Shown piece after piece: positions 44,751-56,690 of a DNA stretch of 64,000 bases. The first letter of the stretch is position 1, and each line of letters starts with the position of its first letter. The position numbers and the translations under genes were made by a program. The notes under the pieces are model-generated. The model worked only from the letters and a program-made list of their open reading frames with translations, had not been told where the DNA came from and made no database searches. This DNA is from Myxococcota bacterium (lineage in GTDB: Bacteria; Myxococcota_A; Polyangia; Nannocystales; Nannocystaceae): NCBI GenBank assembly GCA_039028615.1, contig JBCCHT010000002.1, forward strand, positions 480,001 to 544,000. Reading direction: 5' to 3'.

Positions 44751-46502
44751 ATGCCGTCTGCCCTGAAGCTCGCCCCCGCTGCCGTCGACGTCGAAACCCG
44801 CGGCGACGACCTCGTGCTGCGCTCGCCGCATGTGCCGGGGCCGGCCCCGCGAGCGCTGGGCGTGCTGCTCGAAGGCTGGGCGCAGCGGGACCCCACCCGC
44901 ATCTTCATGGCGCAGCGCGAGGGCGCAGGATGGCGAACGCTCGACTACGGCACCGCATGGTCCAACGTACGACGCATCGGCAGCGCGCTGCTGCAGCGAG
45001 GGGCCGGGCCCACGCGTCCCCTCGCCCTGCTGTCGGACAACTCCATCGCCCACGCACAGCTTCAGCTCGGGGCGATGCACGTCGGCGTCCCGGTGGCTCC
45101 CGTCTCGCCCGCCTACTCGTTGATGTCGAGCACGCTCGGCCGCTTGAAGGTCGTGCTCGACACCCTGCGGCCCGCGCTGGTGTTCGCCGAAGACCCCGAG
45201 CGCTACGCCGCCGCCCTGGCCACCGTGCCCGCTCCCGGCCAGGTGCTCGCTCCCCTGCCGCAGCTGCTCGAGACCGAGCCCAGCGACGCCATGGAGCAGG
45301 CATGGGCCGCGGTGGGGCCCGACACGGTGGCGAAGATCCTGTTCACCTCCGGCTCGACCGGCACCCCCAAGGGCGTGGTCAATACGCAGCGCATGCTGTG
45401 CACCAACCAGGAGGCCATCGCCACGCTGTGGCCCTTCATCGAGAGCACTCCGCCCATCACCGTGGACTGGCTGCCCTGGAGTCACACCTTCGGCGGCAAC
45501 CACAACCTGAACATGGTGCTGCGCAACGGCGGGACCCTGTACATCGACGGAGGTCGCCCCGCGCCCGGTCTCATCGAACACACCGCCGAGAACCTGCGCC
45601 TGGTCTCCCCCACCGTCTACTTCAACGTGCCGCGAGGTTACGACCTGCTGGCGACCCAGATGGAGCGGGACGAAGCCCTGCGCCGCAGCATGTTCGCGCG
45701 TCTCGACCTGCTCTTTTACGCCGCGGCGGCCCTGCCCCCCGCCACCCGCAAGCGTCTCGAGGCTCTCGCCGCGGCCGAGCAACGCGAGGTGTTCTTCGCG
45801 TCGGCCTGGGGCTCGACCGAGACCGCGCCCTTGGCCACGAGCGCGTACTTTCCCACCACCACGCCCGCGGTGATCGGGCTGCCTGCGCCAGGCGTGGAGA
45901 TCAAGCTGGCCGCGACCGAGGGCCGCCACGAGCTGCGCGTGCGGGGCCCCAACCTCACCCCGGGCACCTGGACGCCGGGCGGGCAGCTCGTGCCCGCGGC
46001 GGTCGACGACGAGGGTTTCTTGCACACGGGCGACGCGGGGCGCCTCGCCGACCCCGACGATCCCACCCAGGGGCTCGCGTTCGAGGGCCGGCTGGGCGAG
46101 AACTTCAAGCTCAGCACGGGGACGTGGGTGTTGGTGGGCACGCTCCGCGTCGCGCTCGTCGATGCCTGTGCCCCCCACGTGCAGGATGCCGTGATCGCCG
46201 GGCACGATCGCGACCAGCTGTGTGCCCTGCTCTTCGTCGCGGACCCGGGTGACGAGAACGCTCGAGCCGAGCAACGAGCCACCATCCGCGACGCACTGCA
46301 GCGCTTCAACGCAGCGTCTCCGGCCTCGAGCACCACCATCGCGCGGGTCAGCCTCCAGTTCACGCCGCCCTCGCTCGACGCGGGCGAGACGACCGACAAG
46401 GGCTACATCAACCAGCGTCGCGTGCTCGAGAACCGAGCCGACACCGTCGGTTCGCTCTATCGCGAGCCCTACGGCCCCGACGTCGTGGTCGTGGCGGAGT
46501 GA
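44751..46502 (+). CDS. fcs: Feruloyl-CoA synthase-like AMP-binding enzyme
   Basis: [49 protein letters not shown] and TDKGYINQR. Confidence 0.85.
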   Translation: MPSALKLAPAAVDVETRGDDLVLRSPHVPGPAPRALGVLLEGWAQRDPTRIFMAQREGAGWRTLDYGTAWSNVRRIGSALLQRGAGPTRPLALLSDNSIAHAQLQLGAMHVGVPVAPVSPAYSLMSSTLGRLKVVLDTLRPALVFAEDPERYAAALATVPAPGQVLAPLPQLLETEPSDAMEQAWAAVGPDTVAKILFTSGSTGTPKGVVNTQRMLCTNQEAIATLWPFIESTPPITVDWLPWSHTFGGNHNLNMVLRNGGTLYIDGGRPAPGLIEHTAENLRLVSPTVYFNVPRGYDLLATQMERDEALRRSMFARLDLLFYAAAALPPATRKRLEALAAAEQREVFFASAWGSTETAPLATSAYFPTTTPAVIGLPAPGVEIKLAATEGRHELRVRGPNLTPGTWTPGGQLVPAAVDDEGFLHTGDAGRLADPDDPTQGLAFEGRLGENFKLSTGTWVLVGTLRVALVDACAPHVQDAVIAGHDRDQLCALLFVADPGDENARAEQRATIRDALQRFNAASPASSTTIARVSLQFTPPSLDAGETTDKGYINQRRVLENRADTVGSLYREPYGPDVVVVAE

Positions 46503-46725
46503 ATCACTCGCGCTCGGGTCCACGGGCACCGGAAGTCACCGTTCCGGCGAGGCCTGCTCCGAGCACTCACGCCGGCGCCTGGCCACGGGGAGGTGTCACA
46601 AAGTGGTCGAATCCATGGCGCATATGGACTCGGCTCCCGGTCGTCGGCCACTTTGGTGCGGGTAACGACGCTCGAAACTGAGCCGAATGTCTCCTGCCGC
46701 GTTCGCGAGCGCCGTACACTGCTCG

Positions 46726-48396
46726 ATGATGCATGGTGGGAAGTGGGCGCTCGCGACGGCGATGGTCGCGACGATGGCCGGAGGCTGCAAAAAGGACGTC
46801 GGCGGGTTCGATCCCGGGGCCGAGGGCGGCGAGGGAGGCAGCGAGTCGGGCACCGACTCCGCGCCGGGCGGAGGGGGAGAGCTCGCGTGCGACCAGGGCT
46901 CGCCCGGGCCGCGAATGCTCCGCTTGCTGACCCGACGCGAATACGCGGCCACCGTGGCCGACCTGCTGGGGGTCGAGCCCCCGCCCACCGATCTCATCCC
47001 CATCGAGTCGACCATTGCGCACTACGACAACGATGCATCCGCCGTCGTGACCGCCCGCCATGTCGACGCGTACATGGAAATCGCGGCCGACGTGGCCGAA
47101 CAGGCGGTCGAGCAGGCGGGGCCGATGCTGGTGGGGTGCATGCCCGCCGACCCCGAGTGCCCGCGGCTGTTCATCGAAGAGCTGGGCGCCCGAGCGATGC
47201 GACGCCCCATGGCGGGTGACGAGGTCGACCTCTACCTCGAGCTATTCGACCCGGCCGCGACCGACGGAGACTTCTACGAGGGCGTTCGCCTCGTCATCCG
47301 CGGCTTGTTGATGTCCCCGCAGTTTCTGTATCGCTCGGAGCTGGGCGAGCCGACGGGCGCCGATGGCCAGTACCGGCTGACCCCGTACGAAGTGGCCTCC
47401 GCGCTGTCCTACGGCCTTTGGGGCACCATGCCCGATCCCGAGCTGCTGGACGCCGCTGCCTCGGGCGAGCTCGACGACCCGGACGGCATCGAGCTCCAGG
47501 CCCGACGCTTGCTCGATCACCCCCGCGGGCGCACCCAGACCGGCGAGTTCTTCATTCAGTGGCTGGGCACCGCCCCGCTGCTCCACGCGAACAAAGACGC
47601 CGAGATCTATCCCGACTTCAGCTCCGAGATCCGCGAGGCGATGGCCGCCGAACAACAGGCCTTCGTCGAGCACGTGATCTACGACGGCGACGCGACGATC
47701 GAGGAGTTGCTGCGGGCCGACTACGTGTTCGTCGACGACGCGCTCGCCGGGTTCTACGGGCTGCCCGCCCCCGGCTCGAGCACGCCGGTCTCGGTGCCGG
47801 CCGGGCCCGAGCGAGGCGGCCTGCTCACCCTCGGCAGCGTGCTGGCCAGCCATGCCCACCCCAACGAGTCGTCGCCCGTCCGACGGGGCCTATTCGTCCG
47901 CGAGCGGTTGTTGTGCCAGATACCGCCGCCTCCGCCTCCCGACGTGAACACGGTGCCGCCGGAGCTCGACCCCACCGCCACCACCCGCGAGCGCTTCGGG
48001 CAGCACTCCGTCGACCCCGCGTGCAGCGGCTGCCATCGCCTCATCGACCCGCTCGGCTTCGGCTTCGAGTCCTACGACGGGGTGGGTGCGTTCCGCAGCA
48101 CGGAGAACGATCTCCCCATCGACGCCTCCGGGGAGATCGTGGAGATCGAACAGGGCGCCGCCCCCATCCCCTTCGACGGCCTGGAAGAGCTGGCCACGCA
48201 GCTGTCGCAGTCCCCCGTGACCTCGGCCTGCATCGTCGAGAACTACGTGCACTTCACCGCGGGCCGCCCCGTTACCGAACAGGACGAGTGCACCATCGAG
48301 ACCCTCTCCGACCAGCTCGCCGAAAACGGCGGCGACCTCCACGAAATGTTCATCGATCGCGTCCGCCTCGACGCCTTCGTCATCCGCACGGAGTAG
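46726..48396 (+). CDS. DUF1592 (PSD1-5/PSCyt3) domain lipoprotein with CxxCH
   Basis: Lipobox AGGC, RLLTRREY, LMSPQFLYR, LSYGLW...PD, RGGLL, SPVRRG, TTRERF, CSGCH and DPLGFGFE.YDGVG. Confidence 0.9.
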   Translation: MMHGGKWALATAMVATMAGGCKKDVGGFDPGAEGGEGGSESGTDSAPGGGGELACDQGSPGPRMLRLLTRREYAATVADLLGVEPPPTDLIPIESTIAHYDNDASAVVTARHVDAYMEIAADVAEQAVEQAGPMLVGCMPADPECPRLFIEELGARAMRRPMAGDEVDLYLELFDPAATDGDFYEGVRLVIRGLLMSPQFLYRSELGEPTGADGQYRLTPYEVASALSYGLWGTMPDPELLDAAASGELDDPDGIELQARRLLDHPRGRTQTGEFFIQWLGTAPLLHANKDAEIYPDFSSEIREAMAAEQQAFVEHVIYDGDATIEELLRADYVFVDDALAGFYGLPAPGSSTPVSVPAGPERGGLLTLGSVLASHAHPNESSPVRRGLFVRERLLCQIPPPPPPDVNTVPPELDPTATTRERFGQHSVDPACSGCHRLIDPLGFGFESYDGVGAFRSTENDLPIDASGEIVEIEQGAAPIPFDGLEELATQLSQSPVTSACIVENYVHFTAGRPVTEQDECTIETLSDQLAENGGDLHEMFIDRVRLDAFVIRTE

Positions 48397-48399
48397 ACC

Positions 48400-49716
48400 A
48401 TGTTGATCAAGACACGACGCTCCTTCATACGAATGCTCGGCGCGGCCGGGGTCGCCTCCCCGCTCGCCCTCACCCTGGGGCGCAACGCGGTCGCGGCCCC
48501 CGGCGACGTCAAGGTGATGTTCGTCTTCATCCCCGATGGCGTCATCGAGCAGCTGTGGCACCCCATCGGCGGCGAGACGGGGTTCACGCTGCCGGCCATG
48601 AGCGCCCCGCTCACCCCCGTCATCGACGATCTAGTGTTCGTCCGGGGGCTCACCATGTACGCGGGCGCGCCGACCCACGAGGGCGGCACGGCCAAGGTGC
48701 TCACGGGCGACGGCGACGTGTCGTTGGACATCTTCCTCGGCGAGCAGCTCGGCGGCGGCACGGCCCACAAGTCTGTGCAGCTCGGGGTCGCCACCGCATT
48801 CCAGAATGGCTCGGGCAGCGTCTCGTATATCGGACCGGGGCAGATGCTCATGCCCGACGACAACCCGCTCAGCGCGTTCGAGCGGATCTTCGGCGATCTA
48901 CAAGAGCCCGAGGTTCCCGACCCCGGACCCGACTGGGCGCAGGTTCGGTCGTCGCGCGTCATCCAGCGCTCCATCGACGACCTCAACCGACTGCGCTCGA
49001 CCCTGGGCGGCACCGAGCGCGACAAGCTCGATGTCCACCTCGACGCGCTCCAAGAAGTCGAAGGCCAGATCAACGGCGACTTCGCCAACTCGTGCGACTC
49101 GGTGGTCTGGAACACCGAGGGCTTCACCGTCGACGAGATGGACTTCTACCCGAAGACCTGGGAGCGCGAGGAGCACTACGCCCTGGTGGGCAAGCTGCAG
49201 ATGGACCTGGCCGTGCTCGCGCTGTCGTGCGGGCTGACCAACGTCGCCTCGCTGATGTGGTCCCATGCGGTCAGCCCCACCGTCGTGCCGGGGCTCGGCA
49301 CCGTCACTCCCGCCCACCAGTCGTCGCACTACGGCAACGACACCAACAGCTCGCTGGCGCAGGCCTTCATCGCGTACCGGCACTTCTACTGCGAGCAGAT
49401 CATCTACCTGCTCCAGCAGATGGCCGCGATGCCGAGCGGCAACGGCTCGCTGCTCGACGACACCGTCGTGTTCTTCTGCACCGACATCCACGACGGCAAC
49501 CTCCACAACCACTCCGACATGCCCTTCATGCTCGCGGGTCGAGCGGGCGGGCAGCTGGTCACCGGGCGCTCGCTCGACTACCGGGAGAGCAACGGCGGCG
49601 AGGACGAGCCCCACACGAAGCTGCTGGTCTCCATCGCCAACATGGCCGGGGTGGACATCGACCAGTTCGGCTACACCGGGCATGGCACGGGCGGACTGCC
49701 CGGCCTGCTCGGGTGA
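48400..49716 (+). CDS. DUF1552 (HXXSHH) family protein, Tat-like signal
   Basis: TRRSFIRMLG, DDNPLSAFERIF, KLDVHLDAL, HQSSHY, SLLDDT and H...DMPF.LAG. Starts 3 nt after the DUF1592 gene. Confidence 0.9.
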   Translation: MLIKTRRSFIRMLGAAGVASPLALTLGRNAVAAPGDVKVMFVFIPDGVIEQLWHPIGGETGFTLPAMSAPLTPVIDDLVFVRGLTMYAGAPTHEGGTAKVLTGDGDVSLDIFLGEQLGGGTAHKSVQLGVATAFQNGSGSVSYIGPGQMLMPDDNPLSAFERIFGDLQEPEVPDPGPDWAQVRSSRVIQRSIDDLNRLRSTLGGTERDKLDVHLDALQEVEGQINGDFANSCDSVVWNTEGFTVDEMDFYPKTWEREEHYALVGKLQMDLAVLALSCGLTNVASLMWSHAVSPTVVPGLGTVTPAHQSSHYGNDTNSSLAQAFIAYRHFYCEQIIYLLQQMAAMPSGNGSLLDDTVVFFCTDIHDGNLHNHSDMPFMLAGRAGGQLVTGRSLDYRESNGGEDEPHTKLLVSIANMAGVDIDQFGYTGHGTGGLPGLLG

Positions 49717-49720
49717 CGGC

Positions 49721-50497
49721 TCAGCCGGCCACGAGCTCTTCGGCGCTGCGCGGTAGCACTCGCGCGCCGCTGCCCTCGAGCACCAACACCCCGGTGACCT
49801 TGTCGATGGGGGTGCCGACGGCTGGTGCCTCGCCGCCCTCGACGAAGGCCGACAGATCGACGACCAGCCCGGGCGCCACCGAGAAGCGGGCTCGCCCGAT
49901 GTCGTCTTCGATGACGCGCATGGGCTCGCCATCGAGCTCGGCGAACACCACGACCATGTCGGCCAGGCTCTCGCGCCGCTCGCCCTCGGGAAGCAGCTCA
50001 CGGGCATCGACGGTGATGGGCTCCGGCACCGCCCGCACGCCACCCGCTCGCGCCGCGGCCTCGCGCAGGTAGTAGCCGTCATCGTCGCGCGCCACATAGC
50101 CCACGACCTCGGGCAGCTCGCCCATCTGAATCACGGCCCTGGACACCAGGTCGAGGCGCAGGCCCGCGTAGCTCGACTGCCCCGGATCACGCACGAACTG
50201 GGCCGGACGCGCCCCCCAGTCCATGGCCGGGCTGGTGACGATGATGCCGCGCAACGAGACGAAGCTGCCCTCGTCCCAGGACCCACGCTTGATATCGGAG
50301 ACGAAGGCGGCGAGCGGCATGTCGTCGTCCATGCCGAAGTTGGTGTCCTCGGCCCCACCCGAGCCGGGGCCGAAATCGTCGCCCGCCGAGGTGGTGGTTC
50401 TGCTGCCCTCGTCGTCCGCCGCGGGGGCCGTGCAGGCCACGCTGCCGGCCATGACGAGAGCGGGAACCAGGGCCCACGAGCGGCGTCGCGCAGTCAT
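49721..50497 (-). CDS. Hypothetical lipoprotein (possible tandem OB folds)
   Basis: Lipobox SVAC. VSLRGIIVT, VTGVL and VLPRS patterns resemble extracellular OB domains. Confidence 0.65.
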   Translation of the reverse strand: MTARRRSWALVPALVMAGSVACTAPAADDEGSRTTTSAGDDFGPGSGGAEDTNFGMDDDMPLAAFVSDIKRGSWDEGSFVSLRGIIVTSPAMDWGARPAQFVRDPGQSSYAGLRLDLVSRAVIQMGELPEVVGYVARDDDGYYLREAAARAGGVRAVPEPITVDARELLPEGERRESLADMVVVFAELDGEPMRVIEDDIGRARFSVAPGLVVDLSAFVEGGEAPAVGTPIDKVTGVLVLEGSGARVLPRSAEELVAG

Positions 50498-50637
50498 CGA
50501 AAAACGACGATAGCACTGGCCTTCGGGGATGCCCGTACCGACGCCGACAAAACGCTGATCGTTTCCTTCCGTCGCCCGAACCGTGCGGTCGCGACCGCGC
50601 GCGAGGCCGCCGATTGCTGGAGAGAAGCCTTGAATAA

Positions 50638-52016
<1,379 letters not shown>

Positions 52017-52017
<1 letters not shown>

Positions 52018-53441
52018 TGCGGACCCTTCGCGAGTCCTCGCGCTTCGCTTCGGCGAGCCGTTGGATCGCGATGGTATTGGGCCTGGCCGTGGCCGGGCCC
52101 GCGTCGGCGGGGCTGTACGAGCCGCCCGCCGAACCGGAGCCGGCCTCGCCGACCGAGGCCGGCACCGAGACCGAGGACGCGACCCCGCCGAGCCCGTCGG
52201 CGCCGACCGAACGCACCGAGGCCGACGTCGAGGGGCCGACGCTCATCGACGGCGTCTTGCCCAGCGGTCTGCGGGTCATCCTCGCGCAGGACACCACGCT
52301 ACCCGTGGCGTCCGTGGTGCTGGCGATCGAGACGGGCACCGAAGACGACCCCAGCAGCCAGCCCGGGCTGGTGCACGCGCTCGCCTATCACCTGCTGCAG
52401 GGCAACCGAGAGATGCCCCCGGGGGGTGCCACCGCGTTGGTGCACGACCGCGGCGGCATCGCGTCGCTCGCCATTGGCCCCGCCCAGGTCCGATACGAGA
52501 GCCTGGTGCCCCTGTCGGCGCTGTCCGACGTGCTGTGGGCCGAGTCCCAGCGACTGCGGGCGCCCACGGTGAGCGCCGAGCTGTGGTCGAGCACCCTGCG
52601 ATGGGCTCGCCGCGACAAGTCCCGCGCCTGGCGAATTCCTCGGGCCGCCATGGCCGTGGCCCACGGAGTGCCGGGCCTGGACCACGACGGCCGCAAGGGC
52701 TCGACCCCGCTGGCCCAGATGGTGCCCCGCGCCATCGGCCAGGCGCTCGCCGACCGATTCCGCTACGAGCTCGCGACCCTGGTCGTCGTCTCCCCTCACC
52801 CGCCGCAGCAGCTGCGCGAGACCATCGAGGAGCTGTTCGCCGACCTGCCGCCGCAGCCCCGTCGGCTTCGCAATCGCAGCCCCAAGCAGCGCGTGGGCAC
52901 CGTGCCGCAGGCCGTGCCCATCGCGGGCGAGAAGGGGCAGCGCTTCGTGTGGCCGGTCGAGCCCGACCCCGCCCACCTCGGTGAGGCCACCGTGTGGTGC
53001 AAGGCGATCAACCGGCAGCGACGGGACAAACAAGAGCCCGCCCGCGCGCGGCTGCGGTGCCACCTCGACGTCGATCCTCGGCGGGCCACGCTGATCTTGC
53101 TGGCGACCGGGGTCGAGGATCCGACCGAGCTGGTCCGCACCCGCCTCGCCCGGCTCGGCAGCGGAGAAGAGACGCGCTTGCTCGAGCGCCAGCGCCAAGT
53201 GGTGCTGCGCGACTGGACGCTCTCGCTACGAACCCCGCTACCCTTGGCGCGACGCCTGGCCAACTCGGCCCCGCGCCCGGACACCGAGCCCGGCTGGACC
53301 GAGCGCCCTGTCGACTGGCTGACCGGCGTCGCCAGCCTCGACCAGCGATGGACGCGGAGCCAGACCTTCGGTCCCCACCTCCAGCTCGGGGCCGCGATCT
53401 TCCTCGTGCCGCCCGAGTCCAACGAGGAGCCCACGCCATGA
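52017..53441 (+). CDS. M16 peptidase-like secreted protein, zinc motif degenerate
   Basis: Signal peptide and LPSGLRVIL...G...D....PGLVHALAYHL (canonical HxxEH altered). TGATG overlap with eno. Confidence 0.75.
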
Positions 53442-54883
53442 GCGCGCGATCTCGCTTCGGTCGAGCCGCGCTCGCACTCGCGGTGGTCGCGGGGCTCGGG
53501 GCGTGCAAACGATCCAAGGCGCCGCTGGTCGAAGAGGTCTGGGACGAGGCCCCCGCCAGCGGCCAGGCCGAAGCCCTGGGGAGCCTCGCGCCGCCGTGGA
53601 GCGCCCCCACCCGCGCCGTGCTCGACAGCGGGCTCATCACGTTTTGGCTGCACGAGCCCGACGCCCCCGCCACGCACCTGCGGGTGCTGCTGCCCGTCGG
53701 CGATCGACCCGAGCTGCAGTCCGCCGCGGTCGTGGCCGTGCTCGAGACTCACCTGCAGCAGAGCCTCGCCACGCGGGCGCGCAGCCAGGGCATCTCGGTC
53801 GAGACTCGCTCCGCCCCCGACCGCATCGAGATCGTGCTGCACTCGGCCACCGCCGATACTTCACGCGCCCTCTCGACGCTGGGGCGAGTGCTGGCCGCCC
53901 GCTCTCCCAGCTCGGGTCTGGAGACCGCGCGAGCCGAAGTCGCCGGGCGGCTCGAGGGCGAGCCCACGGCCGACGAGCGAGCCACCGCCGCGCTGGCGGC
54001 CACGTTGTTGGGTCGTCGTAGCTCGGCCCAGCAAGCGACCGCCAAGGCGGTGACCGAGCTGTCTCGCGACGCGCTGCTCGAGGGCTGGGAGCAGCTGGTC
54101 GACCCCCGCCGCGCCGTGCTCGTGGTGCACTCGGGGCACGAGGCCAGCCTCTATCGCGCGGCGCTCCGCAAGCTCGCCGACGGCTGGCGCGGCCGCGGCC
54201 GTCGCCCCGTGCTCGACTCCGCCATCGCCCGGCTCCGCACCGCCTCCGAGCCCTCCTCGGCCCCGGGCCGCCTGCTCGCCGAGCCGGCCACGCCCATGCA
54301 CATCGTGCCCGGCCCCGAGGGCAGCCCGGTGGTCATGATCGGTCGCGTCGTGCCCACGCGCAGCGCCGCCGACCGCAGCCTGGCCCGGCTCGCCCAGCGA
54401 GTGCTGCAAGAAGAACTCGACGCCCGCCTGGTGATCCGCGGCGACCATGGGCTGTTCATGCTGCGCGTGCCGCTGTCGGGTCGCGAGCCCGAGCAGACGG
54501 TCACCGAAGCCATCGATGCCCTGACCTCGCTCGCCACCACGCGTCAGCCCCAGCAGCGCCTGTTTCAGGCGGCGCAGCTGTGGCTGGGCGCCCGCATGGT
54601 CCAGGCCAGCCTCGACGGCGAAGACTGGACGGCCTCGTGGAGCGACGCGATCGATCTCGCCGAAGACGACGATGCCATCGTAGGCGCGCTGGCGCGCGAC
54701 GCGAGGTCGATGCTCGAGCCCGACCCGGAGGCCCTGCAGCAGTGGCTCCGCCAGTGGCTCGATCCCCGCAGCAGCGAGCCCGGTTGGCGCTGGCTGGTCG
54801 CGGGCGCCTCCGATCGGCAGACCCGTCGCCTCGCGCGTATCACCCCGCTCGCGGGGGCCGACGGCGAGAGCCTCGCGCCCTGA
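53438..54883 (+). CDS. M16-like second subunit lipoprotein (non-catalytic)
   Basis: Lipobox LGAC, P....LDSGL and PRRAVLVVHS. ATGA overlap. Confidence 0.6.
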   Translation: MSARSRFGRAALALAVVAGLGACKRSKAPLVEEVWDEAPASGQAEALGSLAPPWSAPTRAVLDSGLITFWLHEPDAPATHLRVLLPVGDRPELQSAAVVAVLETHLQQSLATRARSQGISVETRSAPDRIEIVLHSATADTSRALSTLGRVLAARSPSSGLETARAEVAGRLEGEPTADERATAALAATLLGRRSSAQQATAKAVTELSRDALLEGWEQLVDPRRAVLVVHSGHEASLYRAALRKLADGWRGRGRRPVLDSAIARLRTASEPSSAPGRLLAEPATPMHIVPGPEGSPVVMIGRVVPTRSAADRSLARLAQRVLQEELDARLVIRGDHGLFMLRVPLSGREPEQTVTEAIDALTSLATTRQPQQRLFQAAQLWLGARMVQASLDGEDWTASWSDAIDLAEDDDAIVGALARDARSMLEPDPEALQQWLRQWLDPRSSEPGWRWLVAGASDRQTRRLARITPLAGADGESLAP

Positions 54884-54944
54884 CTTGGGCCGCCTGTCCG
54901 GGTGGGTTCACAGCCGCTGGGGCTCGGTGATAAACCGGGCCCGC

Positions 54945-55763
54945 ATGTCTCGCTCAGCCTGGTTGTTCACCCTGACGTCCGTCCTCGCCCTCGGCGTGGC
55001 TGCACCGGGCTGCATCGGCAAGCGTCGGCCGCAAGGACGAACGGCCAAGAAAGAGCAACCGTCGCTCGAGCCCGCCAAGCTCGCCCGGCTCATCCAGCCC
55101 CAAGACGTCGACGGCTCCTTCGACGCCTCCATCGAGGGCGACCGCCAGCTCGCCACCTACGACGAACAGGACCCGCAAAAGGGCGCCGCCCTGCCCCTGG
55201 TCACCATCGTCGAGTACAGCGACTTTCAGTGCCCGTACTGCTCGCGGCTGGCCGCCACCATGGACGAGGTCGTCGACGGGTATCCGCAGGACGTGAAGCT
55301 GGTCTTCAAGCAGTTCCCGCTGCCCATGCATGCCCAGGCCGAGCCCGCCGCGCGGGCGTCCCTCGCCGCGCAGGCCCAGGGCAAGTTCTGGCCGATGCAC
55401 GACCTGCTCTTCGCCAACCCCAAGGCGATGTCCGACCGCCAGCTCGAGGACTACGCCCGCCAGATCGGCCTGGACGTCGACCAGTGGAAGACGGACTTCG
55501 CCAACGAGGAGACGGCCAAGCACGTCGAGGCCGAGAAGGTCCAGGGCACCCCGCTGGGCGTGCGCGGTACCCCGAGCTTCTTCATCAACGGCAAGTTCTA
55601 CAGCGGGGCCATGGGCGCCCCTCAGTTGCGCAGCATGATCGACGGCGAGATCCTGGCCGCCAAGGCCCTGCTCAAGGCGGGGGCCAAGCGCGAGGAACTG
55701 TACGCTCGCTTCCTGCACCCCGCCGCAGCCAAGGCCGCGGGTGCTCCCGCCGCGGGCGAGTAG
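54945..55763 (+). CDS. DsbA-family thioredoxin-fold lipoprotein
   Basis: VEYSDFQCPYC, FPLPMH, QGKFWPMHD and GVRGTPSFFING. Lipobox APGC. Confidence 0.92.
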   Translation: MSRSAWLFTLTSVLALGVAAPGCIGKRRPQGRTAKKEQPSLEPAKLARLIQPQDVDGSFDASIEGDRQLATYDEQDPQKGAALPLVTIVEYSDFQCPYCSRLAATMDEVVDGYPQDVKLVFKQFPLPMHAQAEPAARASLAAQAQGKFWPMHDLLFANPKAMSDRQLEDYARQIGLDVDQWKTDFANEETAKHVEAEKVQGTPLGVRGTPSFFINGKFYSGAMGAPQLRSMIDGEILAAKALLKAGAKREELYARFLHPAAAKAAGAPAAGE

Positions 55764-55778
55764 CCGCGACGCCTCGGC

Positions 55779-56612
55779 TCACTCCCCGTTGAGCGCCTCG
55801 CAGGCGTCGACGTAGCTCGGCGCCGCCGCGGGGCAGAGCGCACCAGGGCCGAGCGCCATGCAAAAGCCTCGCTGGTCGGCGACGCTCAGCGTGCGCACGC
55901 AATCGAGGAACGCGGGGTCGGCATTGTCTCCGTTCGCGTGCTGCAGACAGACGATGCCGTTGGGGTCTTGGTGGGTCAGGTGGTTCGCTGGAGACCACGA
56001 CGTCAGCGCTTCGACATCGTGCCCGGTCACCGGGCGAAACAGCCCCGTGTCGGGATCGAGCACACAGTCGCGCGGATCGAGTTCCCGGGTCTGACAACAC
56101 TGCCGCGCCGGACCGCACACCGTCTCCACGGACGCGGCGTCCCAGGTGGGGTTGCAGGGAGTGGGGCAATCGAGCGCTTCGGCTTCCTGCAGCCCGGGGC
56201 CGACGATGTCCGTCACCCGAATGCACTGCCCGCTCGTGCTCAGGTCGTTGTTGGCCCCGGAAAAGTACGGGAGCTGGCCATCGGCCAGGGCCAGGGACGC
56301 GTAGTCGGGCAGCCCACCGTTGGCCGCCGCGGGGTCGTCGGAACAGCAGCGATAGCCGTTGATGCCGGAATCTCGCCGCGGGTTGCATCCCTCGGCCGAG
56401 AACCCCAGAGCGTTGAGCGGGGCGCCTCCGATGAGTTCGGCGTCCCCGAATCCGCAGGCCTCGGCGGGCTCGCCCGTGGAATCGGCACTGGTCTCGCTCG
56501 AGGGGTCGGCACTCGCTCCGTCGCCGGATCCACCTCCGTCTCCGTCCGTGGGGGACCGGGGCCCACACCCGAGCAAGAGCACGCAGAACAGCGACGGCCA
56601 ACGCAGGTGCAT
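55779..56612 (-). CDS. Cysteine-rich lipoprotein
   Basis: Lipobox LLGC, linker, CCSDDP, CPTPCNPTW, CCQT and DQRGFC. Confidence 0.8.
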   Translation of the reverse strand: MHLRWPSLFCVLLLGCGPRSPTDGDGGGSGDGASADPSSETSADSTGEPAEACGFGDAELIGGAPLNALGFSAEGCNPRRDSGINGYRCCSDDPAAANGGLPDYASLALADGQLPYFSGANNDLSTSGQCIRVTDIVGPGLQEAEALDCPTPCNPTWDAASVETVCGPARQCCQTRELDPRDCVLDPDTGLFRPVTGHDVEALTSWSPANHLTHQDPNGIVCLQHANGDNADPAFLDCVRTLSVADQRGFCMALGPGALCPAAAPSYVDACEALNGE

Positions 56613-56690
56613 ACCCCATGGTCCCATCGAGTCGCGGGATACGTCCACGCCGTTCGGGTCTCGAAGACTCCCTCGCGGGCGGCCCGGCGG

